Assembly: GCA_964035545.1 (NCBI GenBank)
Contig: OZ037766.1
Span: 29,824,640 to 29,888,639, forward strand
DNA from: Bugula neritina
Lineage: Eukaryota > Animalia > Bryozoa
Direction of reading: 5' to 3'
DNA length: 64,000 bases
Below the pieces are notes generated by a model. The model was given only the letters and a program-made list of their open reading frames with translations, made no database searches and was not told the DNA's origin. The translations under genes and the position numbers were made by a program. Below, in pieces: positions 27,101 through 37,300 of this stretch. Position 1 is the stretch's first letter; each line of letters starts with the position of its first letter.

Positions 27101-30100
27101 ACCTATATGTAGACCAAGTGTTGAGCAGCAGTGGTATTGTTGATTATAGTTTTGGCTTAGTGAACATAGGTTTAAATGTTTGAATTCTTGCAAGTTCATC
27201 GTTGATCTTAGGAAGGGCATTCAATCACAAAAATCCTTAGAGACAGCACCGAGTTGGTGGTCACTGAGTGCAATGGTTGAGGGGGTTTGGACAGATATTT
27301 GCATACAAATACTGTACGTTCTCAGTCATCCTCAACTTAGCGCTGCTTCTAGCAATTATTCTTTAATCACAATGGATCCTCTGCTGTTAAGTTTGCGCAA
27401 TATCCTTAGCCCACTAAAAGCTTTGACCATAGAAAGGTTCATTTCAGGTCAAAAAAGTCTTAAAGGCTAAGTTTAGAGAATATATACTCAATATGATTGC
27501 AGTATCATATCTTTGCACTACTTGCTTTTGATACCCTACAGAAAACATTATTACTTTTTTTCTTCAAACAATTTTTCAATTACAAACAGCTGGTAACTTT
27601 ACCCTATGCTTTTTTATTTAAAATTGCTTTAATTCTAGAAGTGGGAAATCATAATTTTATGCGAGGTGACAGCATTCGTCTGAGACTCAACAAAGAATGT
27701 CTCACTGGAAAATTTAAAAAAAAGTTAATAGCTAGTAATGTCAACTACTCAAGTATTGGTATTGTCTATGGGGTAGCAAAGCAACATTTTCGATTTGAAG
27801 GAATTGAAATGACTGAGGATCAAGTAAGTTTTGTATTACTGTTGTTTCAATTTCACTTCTTGCTACTATAATTAATTTGCCTTCCCTGATCTGTTTTATT
27901 GCTTTTATTGTAAGTATAAACATATTTTATATTCAATTATTGTTTGAATATTGTCATGTCACATTTTTAAGGCAATACTAATGTTTCCTGAAGAACCTGC
28001 GTTTCTTGCACCAATTGGCAGCATAACTAGTTCTGCCGAAAAAGCCAAAAATGTCCCCTTCATTGGAGACAAAGTTAGGCTGAAGACAAAAGAAGTACAC
28101 AGCTACTACAGGAAACCAGCTGAGGGCAGGTAAAAGCATTGATGTGTGACACAAACTCTGTTTGCTCACAGCAGTTTCTCAAAGTCATATATAAAGTTTT
28201 GTTCATTTTGTTTAGACTTGCTTTGCTGCCAGAAACAGATTTTCTTAACACAGAACCGAAGAGTTCTTACTTTTTCTTGAATCTTGCTGTCAATTATTTT
28301 CTTTTTAATACATATAATATGTTAATTTCTTGTTCTACAATGTTTAGTATATCTACTAATTAATTATAGTAATTTTTTACAGGCTATAGATAATGAAGAC
28401 AATGATTATGCAATAAACAAGACCCTGAATCATTAAATACTTATTTTGTTTAGAAAAACTGATCTATTTTGTGCAGCCATAAAATGTTTTACTTTTTTAG
28501 GTTTTCAGATTGAGCAGAAATAGAAATAACTCTATTATCTACATGTAGTAAAATATCATATTTTTTAGTTTGCTAAATGCTTGCAGATCCCGTAGTGAAA
28601 AATAGAAATGTTTCTAAAAATAATATCTTTATGGTTGCATGTTCTTTAGATTTAGAATTTGAAGTTATAAGTAATTAATATTTGGAAACATTATAAACAT
28701 AAAACTTGCAACCTATTGTTACACAAAAAGAACTCTGCAGAGAAATTAATTTCTTGCTAAATAAATCACATTGTTTAACTGTATTTGGAATATTTTTAGC
28801 CATGGCGTTCTCAAAAGCTTGAATTTTGACTTCAGAGATGACGATGAACCGATAGTAAATGTTGTCGTTGAGTTTGCAGACGTAAGAGATTGGCGGGGAA
28901 ATTACGAAGACATAGAACTGGTGCCAGGGTGTGGTTTTGAGGTAACAAAGTGAAATTTGAATAAACAATTGCAATATTATATAATATACCCAAATCAAAC
29001 CAATAATTAGCAGAGTTTAAACAAATCTTGGCTTTGTTCTTTAATAAATACTTCTCTATAATTCAGCATCCACTATATTATAATACATAATGATATCTGC
29101 CTTAGGTTGGTGATAAAGTGAGAGCATCCAGTCGAATTCCAGAACCTTCCACTGGTTGGAATGGAATTAATGGTAGCAGTGTTGGTGTAGTGAAACAAGT
29201 GAAAACATTTCAAGGCAAAAAGAAGGTCATTGTTGAGTTTCCAGAAAATAAAAATTGGAAAGGGTTGGTTGGAGATTTGGAGCTAGTTAGAGGGCTTGTT
29301 GAAAAGGATACGGTTCAGGTAAATCATTTTAAATTGCTTTACAATTAATATATTGTACATTGGTTAAGAAGCAATAAAAAAACTTTCTGCAGATTTTTGT
29401 CTGATTTCATCGATTCTGCGTACTAGTATATATATACTATGGCTATATAGCCATATACTTGCGGCAACCATGTTAATCAATTTAAGTCGTATATGTTGTC
29501 TTTTATTTAAAATCAAAGAAGTTATTTATGTATAAACAGTAAACTAAAAACTAAAAAATTGCAATTTATAAGAACAAATGGCAATTTCATTGTGAAACCA
29601 CCAGAAGAAAATCAACTGTTTTTTCATTATGGATTTTGAGTTCACTATATTATATACTATCGTAAGCTGCAGGGTTTACAATATGAGTCACTTATGACTC
29701 ATAGCCAGAAATATATATTAATTTACAGGTGAAGCTGTCAGTAGAGAAACCCCGTCTAGACTGGGGAGGGGTGACTCATAAGGATGTGGGAACGTTGGTG
29801 GATATCACCAATAGCTACGATGATTTAGGTAGGTGCGGTATTTGTGTGCACACAGGTTAAGGCAAAGCACATATGCACAAACACAATTCCATGTGCGAGG
29901 TAGCCTTGTGAATGTTGAGTCATGCATTTCACTGAGATTAGTCTTGAAGTCCAAATTTTCTAATTTCTAGCCTGTGCACCAGAGTGTTACTAGATTGACT
30001 CTTTAGTCAAATAAAATAGTATATACTAGAAAAGGTATATAAAGTATAGTTATAAAACAGTTGATTTTGCTAACAGATCTCATACACATCTAAAAGCAAA

Positions 30101-30589
30101 ATAGTTAATGTACTCAAAACACATAAAATTATAGAAAATAGATTATTTGAAAATGTATTATTAGATTATCTTTTAAAAATTAGAGAATATCTTATTTGGC
30201 AAAAGTAATTAAACATGGCCTTTTTAATCTTATTTTTCATTGTGTACTAATAAATAAACTGTGGGAAAAATTAAAACTGGAAAGTGATTTCTAACTTTAA
30301 TACTTTTGATAAATACTGTTATTTGTATATACTATTGTAATAGCTGTACAAATTATAATATGCTTTAAATATTCCACATTGTGTTTCACTAAATGAATTA
30401 TACTGTATAGGTAAGATAGCAGAAGTACAGTTTCCCGACAGACCAAAGTGGTCGTGTCTGCTGGAAGAGCTAGAGCTGGCCAGATATCAGCCACCACAAA
30501 TTCAGATAAAGAAAGAACGGAGAGAGGTTACCATAGAGGAGATATTTTTTGCATCCATGCTTGAGCAGATGCGTGGCAATGGTTGGTAA
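24182..30589 (+). CDS. RING - coiled-coil - 4x HERC2/KEG-like repeat protein, paralog A2 (~607 aa)
   Basis: 12 exons: 24182-24355, 24606-24741, 25073-25189, 25606-25688, 26402-26509, 26771-26999, 27639-27823, 27972-28129, 28800-28941, 29106-29318, 29729-29828, 30411-30589. The frame is open and the gene is an exon-by-exon paralog of A1. Confidence 0.88.
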
Positions 30590-32481
30590 CCATATTAACG
30601 TGTTACTCTAACAGTTGGTAACCATAGTAACACTGGATACTTATGGCAATGCTGTATAGTTTTGCTTGAAGTAGCTGCAATGGCTCTCTCAGATATTTTT
30701 ATCAACTGCATATACCAGTACAATATGTGATAGTTATAGAGAGAGTTTTTTTTATTTTATTCTTTTGCTGCTACATAAATCCAATATTTTTTATATAAAA
30801 CATTATAATTACGTACAGACTTTGGGGATAAAGCAGCACAATTTATGTTTTTGTGGTTAAATACATACATAAAAATTTTATATATAGCTAAATCAAAATT
30901 ACCTAAGAAAAATAAAGACAAAATGCACATCTTTTGTTTTTGTAGTTAAAATATTTATGTTTCAATAACAAAATGTGTATAACAATTAGTAAAATATTTA
31001 GCTATAAAATTATTTGTACCCTTACATTATTTATGCTTAAACAGATAAAACTAGTTCATTGATTGAAAGATTATAAATATAAATGCAAAGATGTGGGGTA
31101 TTACAATGTTGAATGGTGTAACTGTTGTGTTTTAATATATATGTATATTTCTGAAGACCAATGAAAATTTGTCTGAATGAAAAAAAGTACTAAGGTTATA
31201 ATAGTCTAAAAATAGCTTTTTGCGGTAGCCAAAATAGCTGAACGCAAGCAAATAACACAACTAAAACATGTAGGATAGCTAAAATAGCTATAACAATACA
31301 ATTAAAACTATAATGATATAAGGAGAGTTTTCCATGTTCTATAACTAGTAATCTCCCAACAGATAGCATAATATATACTTATATTAGTTATTACACACAA
31401 TATAGTATAGTTACAATTGTTGAGTAGTAGAATGAGAATGCTTTTAGTTCGCAATGCATACTAACTATATTCAAGTGAAAGCTGCATCTCTCAAACTTTA
31501 CTTGGTATTAAACTAACAGATTACAACAGATCATAAAGATGTCATAGATGCGCAATGGCAAGCTTATCAATTTATATGATAAGATTACGTTTATCATAAC
31601 TTGCATAGAAGAATTGCAAATTTAAAAAGTAATCAAAGATTGCACTACATGGTTTTGTTTTGCAAAAATTTCCTAAATACATAACAAATATTTGTAAATG
31701 TCATTATACTTGTGTTCAGTTGTGATTTGATTAATTTTTTTATGGTCATGACTTGGTTATTGTTGAAATGAGATTTTTGTTGAATACAACACATGCAACT
31801 TTTAATTTAAAGTTAAATACAGGAAAATGAAATTAAACTAGAAATGAGCAACAGGACATGGATCACTCAGGTTATAGTATCTAATGTCCATGTTAAACCA
31901 TATAAATTATCAACATCATTGGCAGTGCATATAATTTAATAAATTTTTTTCTACATATCTCGGTTATCAAGTCAAATTATCATCACAATTGAATTTTTCA
32001 TCCCTTATCATCATAACTCTTGTAATGGTGATAAGACATTATTGAATAGAAAACTATATCCTCATCTGATAGTGTTTAGTATATTGCTTATCTATCCCTT
32101 CTAAAACTTTTATGGCCGGAAAATTTGTGTTGGGGATTTCTGGAAACAAATCTATAGTTATTTATTTTTATTTAACTGTTAATTCAGAGTTTTACAGCAA
32201 CAAATTTTCTATCTATGGGGAATTTTTAAGTCTATGAGAGTTGATGACTCATTCTTACAGGTTAATTGCACGTTATTTGCATTTTTGTACTCGGATCAAT
32301 AAGCATAGCTGCAATTCTATAGCAGATACTTGAAGCATTAGAAGTTGTTTATCAAACCAGCTAAACAAAAACTTACATACATCATGCATAAGACCTGTGC
32401 ACAAAAAATCAAAGTCCATAACGAAGGCGAATGCGATGCACATTGTTTTCTTTGAACTAGGTAATTCAATACAACACAAAA

Positions 32482-32523
32482 GGGGAATTCCATTTTTATG
32501 GTAATATAAAAAGGGACTTCCCC
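32482..32523 (+). promoter_or_regulatory. Paired kappaB sites upstream of B2
   Basis: GGGGAATTCC (32482-32491) followed by GGGACTTCCCC (32513-32523), the same order as in B1. A candidate UTR donor lies at 32646. Confidence 0.7.
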
Positions 32524-33097
32524 TAATGGGAAGTATACGCATTGCATTACAATAGCATATTCCCTAATCAAAGGAGCTGCACATAAGACTAGTAGCAAGT
32601 AAAGTATACAAGTTGTGTTAATCAAAGATGCAACAATTTGCTGAGGTACGTTATTATGCTATTGTAATCTTTGTATTATGTTCTTATATACATTATGTTC
32701 TTATATACAAAACAAATATGGTTAAAACTGTAACTATGTTTAGTTTTAATGCTTATAGCTATAAGTACATGATGTCTTTTTAAACAGAGTGCTATAGTAT
32801 ACAACTGTTATCAAGTGCTATGACTGCTATAGAGGCCTGAGTAGAACGTATCTTGGTACGAAAGATTGAAATCAGTAATGTACTTGTAAATCGAAATCTC
32901 TTTATTATGTAAAGTGAATCTCAATAACAATTTTGTGTTTTAGACCACACAATGTGATACATGATTTTAGTAAGTCTATTTACTAACAAAAAATACTTTA
33001 ATGATGCTAGTATACTCTTTATATGTTATAGGTAGTGATAGTAGGTTAGTAGTAGCAAACCATAGCTTACAAGACAATAGCTTCTAACCAAACTGCA

Positions 33098-34311
33098 ATG
33101 GAGAAATCACTCCGAAGTCTACTCAACTGTAACATATGTAAACAGGAAGTAGATGAGTTAAAGGTGTTGCCATGCCAGCACACCGTCTGTTTACCTTGTG
33201 CCAAACAACTGAATGTTGTTAAGAGAAAATTTACTTGCAGTATTTGCAAAAAGGTTAGTAGTTATTTAATATTATAAACACAAATCTAGTAAAACAGTAT
33301 TATGTTTTCTATTTTATATAGGAATAATTTAATCTATCTGCTTTTTTATTCTTTTGCTATTTAGAGTTCTTTTTATAAATTGAAAATCAAAAATACAAAA
33401 TACAAATTTATATGAACCCTTGTTTCTAATTATTCATCTAAGGTTTGATTTAATTGTTATGCAAAGGTTTGAGCTCTGAGCTATATTTTAATCAGTAGAA
33501 TTTTTACTGTAAATAGGAACACCCGATGCCTAATGGAGGTGTTGGCAATTTGCCAGATAGTTTGGTAGGAAAACAGCTCAAAGACCTCGTCAAAAGTGAA
33601 CAACTCCCAGATATTAGTGGTAAAAGTGATAACGAGACATCAGAGGTTCAGCAGCTTGTAGCTAGTAAGTATATATATAGCATATATACTCAAGGATGAA
33701 TATTGGTTGAATTGGTACACATTTGCTGGTTGAAGTAAAATAACCTGTTTCTCCAGCTTCTCCAGTTACTTAAATCATATGAGTATAATTAAAATGCTTT
33801 GATACAATTATATAAGCTAAGTTTTCAGGTTTTTTGCTTCAAAATTAAATCTACTGGTATAAAATATAGAAAAACTCAGCAGACAGCTTTTTCTGCAATA
33901 ACTTACATAAATTGTAAATTAAAGTATGAACCATTATCGCACAAATTGAAATTCATATAAAAGCAGTTTTAATGAGCTGAAAACTGGTAATCAGTCAAAA
34001 TCACTAATTACTCTCTAAAAAATACCAAGCTGTTTATGTTGAATGGATTATTTTCACATTTTTATAAAAAGATGGAGCAAGTTCTATGTTAGAGAGAGGT
34101 GGTAAGGAGAAGGGTGATGCAGTTGTAAGGTCTCCTTCCAGTAACGTGACTAAAATTCTGGCTGGTGGTGGATTTGGCTCTGTTCCAGCTAAAGGACGTA
34201 GAGGTGATGCAACCAAGACATCTCCAAGCATAGCAACTCAAACTATGAGTGTGAAAGTCAAGAAAAAGCCAGTACAGTCTCAGCCACAGTCTAACAGTGA
34301 GGGCAATATTA

Positions 34312-34388
<77 letters not shown>

Positions 34389-37300
34389 TACAAGTATATA
34401 CATTTATAATAATATTTGTTTTAGCTATTTGCCTTATTTACTTAGTCACTGATGCTCCAATTCCCTCTCTCATTCATTAACTCACTCACTCCATCATGGG
34501 CAGAATTTTTCAATGTATAAACATATATATATGCGACCTTCAAAAAGTCATCCATCTTGAATAGTTTTGGCTTTTTTTAAATTTCACAGAAGTTGATGCT
34601 AAAGCAGCCCAAAACTTGGTGAAAGAAATGAAAGAAGAGTTGGAGACAGCGAGCAGCTGGTTTGTTGAAGCCTGTCGCAGAGTAAGTCTCTTATAAACAA
34701 GTTTTCCTTATTAAAAGCAGTCTGGGTTTAACAATTTATATAAAGCTATCTTAGCAGTCATTATATATTTGACTTACAGCTTGTTAAAAATCACATAGGA
34801 AAGGCAATGTTACACTATAAGTGTTTTTCTATATTATTTCGCAATTTGTTGGTGGCAGATAACTCTATGTAATTGTAAATTGTATTAAAAGTTGAAAACT
34901 TGCATGAGTAACGCTATAATATGATTGCTTATATTGATGAGTCTTTAAAATTATTCTGCGATATTCGGCTTTTGCCTAGGTGATATACATTATTAAGAGC
35001 AAATAGTTATTTATAACACGTTGGCCTTATAGCTAGCTTTAAGCATTCCTATACTTGAAGTATGCTACATGTACATAGTTCGGGTATTCATGTTCACTAT
35101 TTTTTTCTCCTGATGCCTTCATGGGTCTGAATTTACTATATTTTTGCATTCTGTACTTTATCTACATGCATAATGAGTAGTGACAGTGATAAAAATTCAC
35201 TATTGTACCAGTTTTATGTTGAGTATGGGCTTAAAATTGTTCTTAAATATCATTTATCTTATATAATATAGTATTCTCAATTCAAGCTTCAATGAAAAGA
35301 ATATATATACACTTTGAGATAATCAAATACTCTTTGAAGAATTTGCCTTTAAGGTTTCAACATAATATTCATACCTAATAAATTGTATTGTTGTTGTGTT
35401 TAATACATGCAAGCAACATATGTTGTACCATGCAGGTACTGTTTCGATTCTCATGATAAAAATTTACATAAAGTGAAGAATAACTCTTAATATTTTATAA
35501 AGGTGATATAGAATAGCTCCAATTTGTATGTATTTATGTAGATGGGGTGGTACAAAGAGTCCCTAGACAACATGAGAAACCATGCTACAAGTGTCAAGAA
35601 AGTCTACCAGGACCACCAAAAGACTCTAAAAAAGCCCTTCAGTGCAAAGGTGAAAGCACTTTCATTTAATTAATTGGTGAAGCCATGAATTTAGTAACAT
35701 TACGCATCATGCACAGTTTAATTTATTTAATGATACAAATTAGAAAATTGTATCAATTTATTGTGCTGATCATAAAGTAGCAAGTTAAATGTCAGAACGT
35801 GACATAATGCTTTATCTATAGCTAAAAGATTTAGACTCTGCTTTAACCGAAAGAACCGAAGATAGTACTGCAAAATTGGGTGTGCTGGAACCTTGCGTGG
35901 CTAAAATGGAGAATGTGATTAAGTCGTTACCTGAGTGTAGCAGCTTAAGCTGGAGATCACGTCGGAGAGATATCCCGCCTGACGAGATCAGAGAAACGAA
36001 AGCTAATTTTGAGAAACTAGAGACTATGAATAAAGAAGTCGAGGCTATACCTATTGGTAGGAGTTAAATTTATAAATTTCAATTTTTGTAGTTGGCGAGC
36101 TGTGTATGTACATTACATTTCATTTATCCTATATTAATCCGTCTATATCTCTCACCTTCAAACTTTTTGAGGGTTTCATGCTCAAAAGATTTGGTTTCAT
36201 AATAACTTTTGTGCAATCATATCATGAAAATATTTGGAGTTCCTCATCACTTGTTGTTTCTAGTCTGCTCTGAAGCCTGTGGTATTATAAGACTAATAGT
36301 AATTATAGCTGACTTTCATTACGTGCTATTCTTAGCTTTTCTTAACCACTAAGATAACTTGAATGTTCAAACTTTAAACTAACAAGTCTGCTCAGTGATT
36401 AGAGAGTTTCAGGGATGTTTTAATGAAAAGAAATAAAGAAATAATAAAGGATGAAAAAACAATAATGATAACTAACAAACAAATAATAGATAATAATAAA
36501 TAATGTGTAGGCGTTGGCAATTTTGTTAAAATTAGATTATATAGTGTTTGAATGAATAAATATTTTACTATTATGTAATATATGTGGAACCACCTGTTTA
36601 CCTCAACCGACTTCATATAATATAGTAAAATTCTAAATTGTAATCTTACCATATAGACTGTGGAGCACAGATTTATTTTAGCACAGTTGATAGATGAAGG
36701 TAAGCATTATAGCCTAGCTGTTGCATGGACTATTTGGTAGAATTTACGCAAATTTCTTTTGAAGTTTTTTAATTTAACTTAAATGGCTTCTCTGGCTTTA
36801 TTTAGACTTGGACTACAGTGAATACATTGAAGTAGGGGACTACGTACGTCTTACAACGCTGGAAGAAGCAGAGACTATAATGCCTAGTTATTATCGTGGA
36901 TATAAAGTCAGTTCAGATGCCCGTATTGAGAATATTCTGAACAGTAAAGTTACTCACACCAGTGTTGGTAGATATCTGAGAGAGACTTACTCTGGAAATA
37001 AAAGAGTAAGTTATATTTACATGTTTTTGTTAAGATTCTGGCAAAACACTTCTCATGTATTTTGCTCAAAGCTATAGCTTGTGCATAACATCTGTTCAAA
37101 ATGTTAAAACAAAGGGTTGTATAAATTGTAATAAAAACATTTTTATAATATGAATGTTATATTATGAATATATTCATTATATATTTTTTTATTTTAAAAC
37201 TTAATATAGAGATTAAATGCTAAAGAATTGTGATCTTTTTAACTCTGATTTATTATTTGTAATTGTTTCTGCGAGTTGATGTTAGTATTTATATATTATT

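Noticed and set aside
31820-31834. ISRE-like GAAAATGAAA (and a similar motif near 20905)
   Set aside because: Expected by chance in AT-rich DNA and not positionally conserved between paralogs.
20518-33249. Antisense ORFs over the RING exons (10584-10808, 20518-20712, 33067-33249)
   Set aside because: They are similar to each other only because the sense exons are conserved.
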